Position numbers and translations under genes: made by a program. The notes below the pieces were generated by a model. It did not search any database. It was not told the DNA's origin and saw only the letters and a program-made list of their open reading frames with translations. From an uncultured Candidatus Rokubacteria bacterium (GTDB lineage Bacteria; Methylomirabilota; Methylomirabilia; Rokubacteriales; DASRDR01), in assembly GCA_963708025.1 (NCBI GenBank), contig CAVPSB010000034.1, positions 1 through 64,000 of the forward strand: a stretch of DNA of 64,000 nucleotides. Reading direction: 5' to 3'. Every line of letters starts with the position of its first letter. Positions within the stretch are counted from its first letter, which is position 1. Of the stretch, positions 47,381 through 56,596 are shown in pieces.

Positions 47381-48196
47381 GTGGAGTACCGGCTCGTCGT
47401 CGCCGACCTCGACGGCACCCTGCGCTCGCGCGCCCTGGGCATCACGCCGGGGACGCTCGCCGCGGTCGCCGAGGCCCGGGCGCGCGGTGTCCGCGTCTGC
47501 GTCGCCACCGGCCGGATGTGGACCTCGGCCGCGCCCTGGATGAGGCGGCTGGGCGTCGATCCGCCCGCCATCCTGTACAACGGCGGCCAGGTCCTCGACT
47601 TCGCCACGTCCCGCGTCCTCTACGAGCGGCGGCTGCCGGCCGCCCTGGCCCGCGAGGCCCTCGCGCTTCTCCGGGAGGAGCCGGCCGCGCAGATCCACCT
47701 CTACCTGGACGGCCGGGTCTACGTGGAGCGGCCCGATCCGCTCACCGACGCCTACGCCGCCGACGACGGGGTCACCGTGGACCTCGTGCCGGCCCTCGAG
47801 CCGCTCCTGGTCGCCGATCCCTACAAGCTGCTCGTCATCGGGGAGCCGGCGCGCGTGGAGGCGCTGGGGCGGTCCGTGCGCGAGTCGGGCCTGCCCGTCC
47901 ACGCCGTGCAGTCGGAGCCCCAGTACCTGGAGATCCTGCCACCCGGCGTCTCCAAGGGCGCGGCCCTCGCCGCCATGCTGGACGCGGTCGGCATCCCGGC
48001 CGAGGCGGTCGTCGCGATCGGCGACAACTGGAACGACCTGGAGATGATCGAGGCCGCCGGGCTCGGGGTGGCGATGGGGCACGCGCCGGCCGGGGTCCGG
48101 GCCCGCGCGGACCACGTGGTCGGCACCAGCGAGGAGGACGGCTTCCGCGAGGCCATCGAGCGCTTCGTCCTGGGTCGGTCCCCGGGACCGCCTTGA
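47381..48196 (+). CDS. Cof-type HAD-IIB family hydrolase
   Basis: DLDGTL, ATGR, SKG, IGDNWNDLEM. Confidence 0.93.
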   Translation: MEYRLVVADLDGTLRSRALGITPGTLAAVAEARARGVRVCVATGRMWTSAAPWMRRLGVDPPAILYNGGQVLDFATSRVLYERRLPAALAREALALLREEPAAQIHLYLDGRVYVERPDPLTDAYAADDGVTVDLVPALEPLLVADPYKLLVIGEPARVEALGRSVRESGLPVHAVQSEPQYLEILPPGVSKGAALAAMLDAVGIPAEAVVAIGDNWNDLEMIEAAGLGVAMGHAPAGVRARADHVVGTSEEDGFREAIERFVLGRSPGPP

Positions 48197-48236
48197 TTGC
48201 GGCTCGACGAGGACGCCGTGGCGACATTCCGTGCCA

Positions 48237-48334
48237 CAGTTCGGGACCTCCCGCCCACCCCCCCCCAGCCCCCCTCCCCCACCCACCGGGGGGGAGGGGG
48301 GAGCCGGAGAATCCCATTCCCTCACACGCTCTCA
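48237..48334 (-). repeat. Repeat family A copy 7 (no M module, minus orientation)
   Basis: Minus strand TGAGAGCGTGTGAGGGAATGGG...CCCCCCTCCCCCCGGTGGGTGGGGGAGGGGGCTGGGGGGGGTGGGCGGGAGGTCCCGAACTG begins at the M24 gene's stop. Confidence 0.9.
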
Positions 48335-49516
48335 GAGGGTGGCCAGGTCGCACGAGAACCGCGTGAGGGCTTCGCAGCCGTCCGCCGTGACCAGGCAGAG
48401 GTCGCCGAGCGCCGCGAAGCCGACCCGCGGGTCCATGACGTTGGGGTGGAGCTCGAGCACCATGCCCGGCTCGAAGACCAGGCGCGGGGGCCGCGGACCC
48501 TTCACGGCGGCGTAGGGCTGCGGGAAGAAGTCGCTGATGGGCCGCTCCGAGTAGTCGAGGCCGATGCCGTGAGCGGGCCGGAACGTGAGCCCGCCGTACC
48601 CGGGGAAGGCCCGGCCCAGGGTCTTCCCGAGATGACGGGCGAGCGCCGCGACCTCGCGGCCCGGCCGGATCTCCGCGCGGGCGCCCTCGAGCACCTCCCG
48701 CATGCGGCGGTGGTTCTCCCGCACGGCCTCGGGCGGCTGGCCCCGCATGCCCATCCGGATCGCGTGGCCCCAGTACCCCTGGTACTGCAGGTAAAGACCC
48801 GAGATGATCTGGTCCCCCGCCGCGAACCGCCGCCAGCTCTCCTCCGGCATGTACCGCTGGCGGTCGGGGACCGGGCCCGTCGTGATCCAGCACGTCGCGA
48901 ACTCGGCCCCGCCGAGCTTGGCCGCCAGCTCCATCCGCGCGCGCACCTGGTAAATCCAGCGGTCGCGGCTGGCCTCGCGGAAGAGCACCTGGAACATGCG
49001 GTCCGCGAGCGCCGCCGCCCGCCGCAGCGACGCGATCTCTTCGGGGCCCTTGACCAGGCGGAGGCGATGCAGGAGGCCGTCCGCCTCGACCGCCCGGAAC
49101 GGCGCCCCGTCGAGGAGCGCGCCGGCGACCGGGGCCGGCATCTCGGCCCGGCCGACGATCCCCACGCGGGCCCGGCGGGCGCTCGCGTCCGAGGAGCTGA
49201 CGGGCCGCGCGCCCGTACCGGATCGGGTCCTCGCGCCGCACGTCGGCGAGGCCCGACAGCTCGCGGGCCTTGGCCACGGCGTCGAGCGTCGACGGCGTAC
49301 AGCGTGGGCGGCCCCGTCGGCCGGCAGGACGAGCGTCGAGGGAGCGAAGCGGTCCGTGAAGCCGCACAGGTAACGCAGGTGGCCGTGGGTGCCCGTCGCG
49401 ACCCCGAAGATGGAGGGGTTCCCGTACACGACGAGCGCGGCGAGGTCTCGCTCGTGCATGGCCGCCACGAGTCGGGCGCGGCGGTCGGCGAGGAGCGCGG
49501 GCGAGGGCAGCTTCAT
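48332..49516 (-). CDS. M24/creatinase-fold protein with degenerate metal site; local frame disruption 49190-49315
   Basis: RRARLVAAM..LRYLCGF N-domain, LRLVKGPEEI, HGIGL, FEPGMVLELHP. Confidence 0.8.
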   Translation of the reverse strand: MKLPSPALLADRRARLVAAMHERDLAALVVYGNPSIFGVATGTHGHLRYLCGFTDRFAPSTLVLPADGAAHAVRRRRSTPWPRPASCRASPTCGARTRSGTGARPVSSSDASARRARVGIVGRAEMPAPVAGALLDGAPFRAVEADGLLHRLRLVKGPEEIASLRRAAALADRMFQVLFREASRDRWIYQVRARMELAAKLGGAEFATCWITTGPVPDRQRYMPEESWRRFAAGDQIISGLYLQYQGYWGHAIRMGMRGQPPEAVRENHRRMREVLEGARAEIRPGREVAALARHLGKTLGRAFPGYGGLTFRPAHGIGLDYSERPISDFFPQPYAAVKGPRPPRLVFEPGMVLELHPNVMDPRVGFAALGDLCLVTADGCEALTRFSCDLATL

Positions 49517-49548
49517 GGGTGTCCTCCGGCGCGGGGCGGCGCGCGCCC

Positions 49549-50826
49549 TCAGCGGGTTGCCATCAGCAGGTCGGGGAGGAACGTCACCAGCGACGGGACG
49601 AACGTGATCGTGGCCAGCACCAGGATCAGGGCCACGAGGAACGGCCAGACCTCGCGGACGAACTCGTCCATCCGGATGCCCGCGATCCCGGAGGTGACGT
49701 ACATCACCATGCCGACCGGCGGGGTGATGAGCCCGATCATGAGGTTCAGGACCATGACGACCCCGAAGTGGATGGGGTCGATCCCGTATTGAAGGATCAG
49801 CGGGGCGAGGATGGGCGTCATGATGAAGATGATCGGCGGGGAATCCATGAGGCAGCCGAGGATCAGGAGAAAGACGTTCAGGATGACGAGGAGCCAGATC
49901 GGGCTGGTGGTGATCGACAGGAAGAAGGCCGCCAGCGCCTGGGGAAGCTTCTCCATCGCCGCCACCCAGCCGCTCAGCGACGAGGCGGCCAGGATGAGCC
50001 CGACGGCGGCGGTGGTCGACGCGACCTCGACGAGCACCTGCCAGAGCTTGCCGAGCGTCAGCTCGCCATACAGGATCCCGAGCCCGAGCGCGTAGGCGAC
50101 GGCGATCACCGCCGCCTCGGTGGGGGTGAAGAACCCGAAGAGGATGCCCCCGAGGATGATGACCGGCGTGAACAGCGGCAGCAGGCCGTCGCGCAGCGCC
50201 CGGCCCAGGCGGGGGAGCGAGAAGGTCGCCTGGCGGCCGTACCCGCGGCGCCGCGAGATGAGGTAGGCGGCCACCATCAGGTAGAGGCCCATGATGGTGC
50301 CCGGGATGACGCCTCCCAGAAAGAGGCGGCCGGTGGAGACCTCGGAGATGCTGGCGTAGAGGACCATCGGGATGCTGGGTGGGATGATCGGACCGATGGT
50401 CGCCGCCGCTCCGACGACCGCCGCCGCGAAGTCGCGCGGGTAGCCGCTCCGGGTCATGGCGGGAATGAGGATGGTCCCGGTCCCGGAGGCGTCGGCCACG
50501 GCGGATCCGGACATGCCGGCCATGATCATGTTGGCGACGATGACCACGTGGGCCAGGCCCCCGCGGATGTGGCCGACCATGGCCCCCGCCAGCTCGATCA
50601 GCCGCCGGGTGACGCCGCCGTTGTTCATGAGCGAGCCGGCCAGCAGGAAGAACGGCACCGCAAGGATCGGGAAGTTGTCGAGCCCGCCGATCATCCGCTG
50701 GGCCACCGCCACCAGCGGGAAGCCCTTGAGCAGGAAGATGGAGAGGCTGGCCAGACCGATGGCGAAGGCCACCGGCATGCCGAGCCCGAAGAGGACGAAG
50801 AGGGCGACCAGGAAGACGACGACCAT
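49549..50826 (-). CDS. dctM: TRAP transporter large permease
   Basis: AVPFFLLAG, SGSAVAD, IIPPSIP, FTPTEA, ITPPVG. Confidence 0.93.
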   Translation of the reverse strand: MVVVFLVALFVLFGLGMPVAFAIGLASLSIFLLKGFPLVAVAQRMIGGLDNFPILAVPFFLLAGSLMNNGGVTRRLIELAGAMVGHIRGGLAHVVIVANMIMAGMSGSAVADASGTGTILIPAMTRSGYPRDFAAAVVGAAATIGPIIPPSIPMVLYASISEVSTGRLFLGGVIPGTIMGLYLMVAAYLISRRRGYGRQATFSLPRLGRALRDGLLPLFTPVIILGGILFGFFTPTEAAVIAVAYALGLGILYGELTLGKLWQVLVEVASTTAAVGLILAASSLSGWVAAMEKLPQALAAFFLSITTSPIWLLVILNVFLLILGCLMDSPPIIFIMTPILAPLILQYGIDPIHFGVVMVLNLMIGLITPPVGMVMYVTSGIAGIRMDEFVREVWPFLVALILVLATITFVPSLVTFLPDLLMATR

Positions 50827-51353
50827 CAGCCGTCGAGCCGCGTGCGCCAGGCCACGGGTCGGTCCTCGCCGCGGGCCAGAGCCCGGCAGTCCCCGAGCAG
50901 GAGGAGGCCGACCTGCAGCGCCATGAGGGCGGCGCTCAGCGGCAGCACCGCGTGGACGACGCTCATCGGGAGCCCGAGCGCGGCCGAGAACTGGTTCCCG
51001 GTCCGGGCGACCAGGTCGAGGCCCGCATCGACCATGACGCCCAGGAAGCCGAGGGCGAGCAGCCGGACCAGCACGGCGACGAGCAGGGCGGCACGTCCCG
51101 AGAGGAGCCGGGCCAGCACGTCGATCAGGATGTGCTCGCCGCGGTCGAGTGCGACCGGGCTGGCCAGGAAGACCAGCCAGATGAACAGGAAGCGCTCGGC
51201 TTCCTCGGCCCAGGTGATCGTTCCGCCGAAGGCGCCGAGCTCGCGCACCGCGATGGCCAGGAGGAGCACCAGGACGAGGCCGACCAGGGCGACGACCGAC
51301 AGCACGCGCACGACGGCCACCAGACCGCCGATCGTGCGGGCCAGGGTGCCCAT
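50826..51353 (-). CDS. dctQ: TRAP transporter small permease
   Basis: WAEEAERFLFIWLVFL, GEHILID; four TM segments. Confidence 0.9.
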   Translation of the reverse strand: MGTLARTIGGLVAVVRVLSVVALVGLVLVLLLAIAVRELGAFGGTITWAEEAERFLFIWLVFLASPVALDRGEHILIDVLARLLSGRAALLVAVLVRLLALGFLGVMVDAGLDLVARTGNQFSAALGLPMSVVHAVLPLSAALMALQVGLLLLGDCRALARGEDRPVAWRTRLDG

Positions 51354-51385
51354 GGAGATCGGCGCTCAGGCGCCGGGCTGGGCGC

Positions 51386-52360
51386 TCACTTGGTGTCCAG
51401 GATCGTGCGGATCCACTCCTTCGGGAACTTGCCCCCGAGCTGGTCCCAGACCGGCGTGGTCGCCTTCCGGAACGACTCGGGATCGCTCGGCGTGTTCACG
51501 AGCATGCCCTTCCCCTTGAGGAACTCGACGATCTTCTCGTCCTCGGCCCGCACCCAGCTGCGCTCGTAGGCCGAAGCCTCGCGGCCGGCCTCCATCACCG
51601 CGGCCTGGACGTCGCGGGGCAGCGCGTCGAGGCTGCGCGGGCTGCCCACGATCCACGTCACCGACATCATGTGGCCGGTGAGCGAGAGGTACTTCTGCAC
51701 CTCGAAGAACTTCTGGGCGCGGATGGTGGACGGCGGGTTCTCCTGGCCGTCCGCGACGCCCTGCTGGAGCGCCAGGTAGACCTCGGTCAGCGTGATCGGG
51801 ACCGGCGTCGCGCCGAGCGCCCGCGTCATCAGCGTCCACTGCGCGACCTCCGGCACCCGGAGCTTCAGGCCCCGGGCGTCGGCCGCCGTGTTGAGCGGCC
51901 GCTTGCTGTTCGTCATGTGCCGGAAGCCGAGCACGTTGACGCCGACCAGCCGGAAGCCCTTGCCGGTCATGCGGGTGGCCAGCTCCCGGCCGATGGGTCC
52001 GTCCAGCACCGCGAAGGTGTGCTCCCAGCTCCGGAAGAGGAAGGGCAGGTCGGTGACCGCGATCTCGGGGACCCACTGGTTGAGAGCGGCGCCGGTGGCC
52101 GCTAGATCCAGCGTGCCCAGTTGTACGGACTCGGTGAGGGCCCGCTCGTTGCCGAGCTGCCCGCCGGGGTAGATCTCGACCTTTACGCGCCCCTGCGTGC
52201 GCTGGCCCACCAGCTCGGCGAACTTCTCGCCCCAGAGCTGCCAGGTGTGCGTCTCGCCGCCCGCGTGCCCGTACTTGAGCGTGATGGGCTGGCCTTGCGC
52301 CGAGGCGTGGAGCGGGAGCAGCGCGAGCGCTGACGCGACGATCGCGAGGATGATCCGCAT
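51386..52360 (-). CDS. dctP: TRAP transporter substrate-binding protein
   Basis: Signal peptide, YPGGQLG, DLPFLF, GLKLRVP, EVYLALQQGVADGQENP. Confidence 0.93.
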   Translation of the reverse strand: MRIILAIVASALALLPLHASAQGQPITLKYGHAGGETHTWQLWGEKFAELVGQRTQGRVKVEIYPGGQLGNERALTESVQLGTLDLAATGAALNQWVPEIAVTDLPFLFRSWEHTFAVLDGPIGRELATRMTGKGFRLVGVNVLGFRHMTNSKRPLNTAADARGLKLRVPEVAQWTLMTRALGATPVPITLTEVYLALQQGVADGQENPPSTIRAQKFFEVQKYLSLTGHMMSVTWIVGSPRSLDALPRDVQAAVMEAGREASAYERSWVRAEDEKIVEFLKGKGMLVNTPSDPESFRKATTPVWDQLGGKFPKEWIRTILDTK

Positions 52361-52497
52361 GTGGCGCCTCCTCCGTGCCGGCGGGCGGGGACGGGTCGAT
52401 CAGGGGGCCCCGAACGGCCATATATGGGCAGAGAGCCCGGGCGAAGTCAAGCCGAGGGCGGGAGATCCGCTCCCAGCGCCCGCCGAGCAAATGTGGG

Positions 52498-52526
52498 TTG
52501 ATTGCATCGCTCGCGTGGCATACAGT
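52498..52526 (+). promoter_or_regulatory. Sigma70-type promoter for the ABC operon
   Basis: TTGATT-17 nt-TACAGT in the divergent intergenic region. Confidence 0.55.
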
Positions 52527-52592
52527 TGGTCAGCTTCCGAGCGTCGGTCCCGCAACACTCACGAGATATCCGCGCGACAAGGAGGTCCGCCG

Positions 52593-53732
52593 ATGAGACG
52601 ACCTGTCTCTCTGACCATGATCGGGCTGGCGACGCTGCTGGTCGTCGGCTGGGTCGGCTGGGCCGCCGCCCAGGTCACCCTCAACGTGGTGACGGCCGGT
52701 GACACCAACATGCACGATCTCCAGCGCAACGTCTTCGGCCCCGAGTTCGAGAAGCGCAACCCGGGCGTGAAGATCAACGCGGTCGGCAGCGGCCCCGGCG
52801 AGGCCGGGAGCCGCGTCATCGTGACGAAGGTCAAGGCCCAGAAAGACGCCAACGTCGCCAAGTGGGACGTCGACGTGGCGGTGGTGCACCAGATCGTGAT
52901 GTCCGAGCTGATCCAGCAGGACCTGGTGGCCAAGTACGCCCCCGAGATCACGACGTATCCCCTGATGACGGCGGCCGACGGCAAGAACGCCCTCGGCTTC
53001 AACGTCGAGGGGTTCGTCATGCCGATGTTCCACAGCCAGGTGGTCCTGGCCTACAACCCCGAGATGGTGAAGACCCCGCCCGGCACCTTCGACGAGCTGG
53101 TGGCCTGGATCAAGGCCAACCCGAAGAAGTTCGGGTACAACGGCGTGAAGGGCGGGATGAGCGGGGTCGCCTTCACCACCGGCTGGGTGTACTGGAAGGC
53201 CGGCCAGGGCGACAAGTACGTCAAGGGCCCCTACGACAAGGCGGCCGAGGAGAAGTGGGCGGCGGCGATCAAGGAGCTGAAGAGCCTCCCGGTGACGCTG
53301 ACCACCGGCAACAACGACACCCTCGACCGGCTGAACCGGGGCGAGATCGCCATGGGGCCGGTGTGGGTCGACATGCTGATCGACCTCAAGAACCAGGGCC
53401 GGATGGACCCGAAGATCCGGATGAAGCTCATCTCCCCGGGCTTCCCCGGCCAGCCGATGTACCTGGTGGTGCCGAAGAACGCCGCCAACTACGCCGTGGC
53501 CAAGAAGTACGTGGAGTTCATCACCTCGCCCGAGATGCAGGCCAAGGTCATCGTCGAGCGGAACGGCTGGTACCCGGGGATCGACGGCAAGCACGTCCTG
53601 CCGCACGTCTCGGACAAGGCCAAGGCCCTCCTGTTCGAGGACGTGCCTCCCGACTCGCTGATGAAGTTCGGGCTGTCGTTCCCGCTGAGCTCGTACTTCA
53701 AGGACCTGATGACCACCTACGAGGAGAACTGA
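52593..53732 (+). CDS. ABC extracellular solute-binding protein (PotD/YnjB-like)
   Basis: AAGGAGG SD, signal peptide, LAYNP..PPGTFDELVAWIKANP, LNRGEI. Confidence 0.88.
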   Translation: MRRPVSLTMIGLATLLVVGWVGWAAAQVTLNVVTAGDTNMHDLQRNVFGPEFEKRNPGVKINAVGSGPGEAGSRVIVTKVKAQKDANVAKWDVDVAVVHQIVMSELIQQDLVAKYAPEITTYPLMTAADGKNALGFNVEGFVMPMFHSQVVLAYNPEMVKTPPGTFDELVAWIKANPKKFGYNGVKGGMSGVAFTTGWVYWKAGQGDKYVKGPYDKAAEEKWAAAIKELKSLPVTLTTGNNDTLDRLNRGEIAMGPVWVDMLIDLKNQGRMDPKIRMKLISPGFPGQPMYLVVPKNAANYAVAKKYVEFITSPEMQAKVIVERNGWYPGIDGKHVLPHVSDKAKALLFEDVPPDSLMKFGLSFPLSSYFKDLMTTYEEN

Positions 53733-53744
53733 CCCGCTGTCCGA

Positions 53745-53781
53745 TCCCCTCCCCCTCCCCCGGCGGGGAGGGGGAGGGGGC
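53745..53781. repeat. C/G hairpin after the SBP gene (family C/A-like)
   Basis: CCCCTCCCCCTCCCC-GGC-GGGGAGGGGGAGGGG. Confidence 0.65.
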
Positions 53782-53783
53782 CC

Positions 53784-54605
53784 ATGCGCCGAGCCTACCG
53801 CCTGCTGAGTCTCGCATTCGCCGCGCCGCCGCTGGCCATCGTCGCCTGGCTCTTCTTCATCCCGTTCCTCTCCTCGGCCCACCTCTCCTTCCAGCACGAG
53901 GGCGCGTGGTCGCTCCGCAACTACTACCTGGTCTGGCGCCTCTACAAGGGCGACGTCCTCTACACGCTCGGGATCTCGCTGGTCAGCCTCGTCCTCGTCA
54001 TCGGCTTCGCCGTCCTTCTCTGCGGCTACCTCCGCATCGTGGGCCACCGCCCGGTCGAGTTCCTGTTCAAGATCCCGCTCTTCGTGCCGTTCGTGGTGGT
54101 CGGCCACGGGATGCGCGTCCTGCTGGCCCCGCGTGGCACGCTCAACTCGGCCCTGGCCCAGTTCGGCCTGATCGACCTGGCCGATCCCCCGTCGATCGCC
54201 TTCACCTGGCTCGGGATCGTGGTCTCCCTGGTCTGGAAGAACCTGGCCCTGGCCGTCCTCCTCGTCCTGGGGGCGTACCGCTCGATCGACGAGAGCTTCC
54301 TGGAGGCGGCGCGGAACGTGGGGGCCTCCACGTTCCGCCAGATCAAGGACATCCTGCTGCCGATGGCGGCGCCCTCCCTGGTGGTCGCCTCGGCGTTCAT
54401 GTTCACCTCGATGCTGGCCTCCTTCTCGATTCCCCTCATGATCGGCGCCGGCGAGCCGCCCCAGATGCTCATGGTCGACCTCTACTACCGGATCAACTAC
54501 CAGGACGACCTGGGGACGGCCAACGCCCTCGGCATGGTGTCCTACCTCCTCGCCATGGCGGTGGCGGGGTACTACCTGCGGACCATCACCGTGAAGACGC
54601 TATGA
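53784..54605 (+). CDS. ABC permease (PotB-like)
   Basis: EAARNVGA (EAA motif), multiple TM segments. Confidence 0.9.
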   Translation: MRRAYRLLSLAFAAPPLAIVAWLFFIPFLSSAHLSFQHEGAWSLRNYYLVWRLYKGDVLYTLGISLVSLVLVIGFAVLLCGYLRIVGHRPVEFLFKIPLFVPFVVVGHGMRVLLAPRGTLNSALAQFGLIDLADPPSIAFTWLGIVVSLVWKNLALAVLLVLGAYRSIDESFLEAARNVGASTFRQIKDILLPMAAPSLVVASAFMFTSMLASFSIPLMIGAGEPPQMLMVDLYYRINYQDDLGTANALGMVSYLLAMAVAGYYLRTITVKTL

Positions 54606-55429
54606 CGGCGCCAGCGGTCCCGGGCCGGCGGAGCATCGCGCGGGCGAGCCTGCGGGCGGCGGCGGGCGCGGCGGCGGCCGTCGTCATCGTCGCGCCCCTC
54701 TCGAGCCTGGTCATCTGGTCGTTCACCCGCAGGTGGTTCTGGCCCCATCCGTTCCCGCAGGAGTGGGGGCTCTTCTACTGGCAGAAGGTGCTGGAGGGCG
54801 ACCTGTTCCGCGCGCTCCAGTCGGGGGTGATCATCGCGGTGATCGTCACCGTCCTGACCCTCGTCCTGACGGTGCCGCTTGCCTACCTCCTGGCCCGGTA
54901 CCCGATCCCGGCCAAGCCCCTCATCCTGATGGTCTTCCTGCTCCCCCACGCCTTCCCGCAGCTTCCCGTCTTCGTGAACGCGACCACGCTTCTCTACCGG
55001 GCGAACCTGGCGGGCAAGCTGTCGGGCGTGGTGCTGATCCACATGGTGGGCGCCCTCGTCTACGCGGTGTGGACGATGACCGCGGTCTTCAAGTCGATCC
55101 CCGAGAGCCTGGAGGAGGCCGCCTGGAACCTCGGCGCCTCGCGCTTCAAGAGCTTCTTCTCGGTGGCCCTGCCGCTGGCCACCCCCGGGCTCGTCGCCAG
55201 CACGCTCCTGGTCTTCCTCTATTCGCTGGACGAGTTCACCGGCACCTTGCTGGTCGGGAGCCCCTTCGTCCTGACGCTCCCCGTCTACATGTACCGGACC
55301 TCGGTGGGCTACGAGCTGCAGGTGGCCTCGATCGCGGCCCTCATCCTGATGATCCCCGGCATCCTCCTCCTGGTCGTCCTGGAGCGCTACCTCAAGTCGG
55401 AATATCTCTCGATGTTCGGGAGGCTGTAG
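54602..55429 (+). CDS. ABC permease (PotC-like)
   Basis: LEEAAWNLGAS, SLDEF, TLPVYMY. Confidence 0.9.
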   Translation: MTAPAVPGRRSIARASLRAAAGAAAAVVIVAPLSSLVIWSFTRRWFWPHPFPQEWGLFYWQKVLEGDLFRALQSGVIIAVIVTVLTLVLTVPLAYLLARYPIPAKPLILMVFLLPHAFPQLPVFVNATTLLYRANLAGKLSGVVLIHMVGALVYAVWTMTAVFKSIPESLEEAAWNLGASRFKSFFSVALPLATPGLVASTLLVFLYSLDEFTGTLLVGSPFVLTLPVYMYRTSVGYELQVASIAALILMIPGILLLVVLERYLKSEYLSMFGRL

Positions 55430-55430
55430 G

Positions 55431-55494
55431 TGGGGTCAGGCCTTTCATTCTCGACATTCCGGCCAGATTGTGTGGAAAGAAAGGCCTGACCCCA
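55431..55494. repeat. 64-bp element with perfect 16-bp terminal inverted repeats (REP/MITE-like)
   Basis: TGGGGTCAGGCCTTTC ... GAAAGGCCTGACCCCA. Confidence 0.8.
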
Positions 55495-56540
55495 TGGAGG
55501 TCCGCGTCGAGGAGCTGGTCAAGCGATATGGTCGGGTGACGGCCCTTGGCGGCGTCACCATCGCCTTCCCGAGCGGCGGGCTCACCGCCATCCTCGGCCC
55601 GTCGGGCTGCGGGAAGACGACGCTCCTCCGCAGCCTGGCCGGCTTCGTCCCTGTTGACGGCGGCCGCATCCTCTTCGGCAAGGACGACGTGACCGTCGTG
55701 TCGCCGCAGGCCCGCGGCACCGCCATGGTGTTCCAGAACTACGCCCTCTGGCCCCACATGACGATCTTCGACAACGTGGCCTACGGCCTGCGGCTCCGGG
55801 GTCGCCCCGACGCCGAGGTCCGGAGCCGGGTGACGAAGGTGCTCGACCTGGTGGAGATCGGCCAGCTCGAGGGCGTGATGCGCCGGAAGCCGGCCGAGCT
55901 GTCGGGTGGTCAGCAGCAGCGGGTGGCCCTGGCCCGGGCCCTGGTGGTCGAGCCGCGGGTGCTGCTCATGGACGAGCCGCTCTCCAACCTGGACGCCAAG
56001 GTCCGCCAGCGGCTGCGCGTGGAGGTCCGCCGCCTCCAGAAGGCGGTGGGGATCACCGCCATCTACGTGACGCACGACCAGGAGGAGGCACTGGCGATCG
56101 CCGACACGGTGATCCTGATGAACGCGGGCCAGGTGGTGCAGCAGGGGAGTCCCCAGGAGATCTACTTCCGGCCCGGGAGCGCGTTCGCCGCGGAATTCCT
56201 CGGCGTCTCGAACCAGCTCCGGGGGACGGCGACGGACGGGGCGCTCGCCATCGGCGCCCAGCGCCTTCCCTACGCGGGGCCGGTTCGCGGCCCGGCCATC
56301 CTGGTCTTCAAGGCGAGCGACGCCGTGCTGGTGCGCGGTGGGGACGGCCCGGCCGGGGCCGAGCCCCTGCTCCGTGGCGTCCTGGAGGAGCGGCTCTTCC
56401 TGGGCGCGGTCTACCGTCACTACGTGCGGGTCGAGGGGGAAACCCTGATGGTGGACGCCGCCGAGCCGATCGAGCCGGGCCCCCTCGCCGTCCGGATTCC
56501 CGCCGGCAAGCTCCAGGTCTACGCGGCGCCCTCCGGATAG
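55494..56540 (+). CDS. ABC ATP-binding protein (PotA/MalK-like)
   Basis: GPSGCGKT, VFQNYALWPH, LSGGQQQR, DEPLSNLD. Confidence 0.93.
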   Translation: MEVRVEELVKRYGRVTALGGVTIAFPSGGLTAILGPSGCGKTTLLRSLAGFVPVDGGRILFGKDDVTVVSPQARGTAMVFQNYALWPHMTIFDNVAYGLRLRGRPDAEVRSRVTKVLDLVEIGQLEGVMRRKPAELSGGQQQRVALARALVVEPRVLLMDEPLSNLDAKVRQRLRVEVRRLQKAVGITAIYVTHDQEEALAIADTVILMNAGQVVQQGSPQEIYFRPGSAFAAEFLGVSNQLRGTATDGALAIGAQRLPYAGPVRGPAILVFKASDAVLVRGGDGPAGAEPLLRGVLEERLFLGAVYRHYVRVEGETLMVDAAEPIEPGPLAVRIPAGKLQVYAAPSG

Positions 56541-56596
56541 GCTATAGTTCCGTTACGTTTCCGTTACGCCACCCCCGACGGCAAGGAGGCCGACTG

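Noticed and set aside
52514-52530. Possible sigma54 site TGGCATACAGTTGGT
   Set aside because: It lacks GC at the -12 position with correct spacing; a sigma70 reading fits better.
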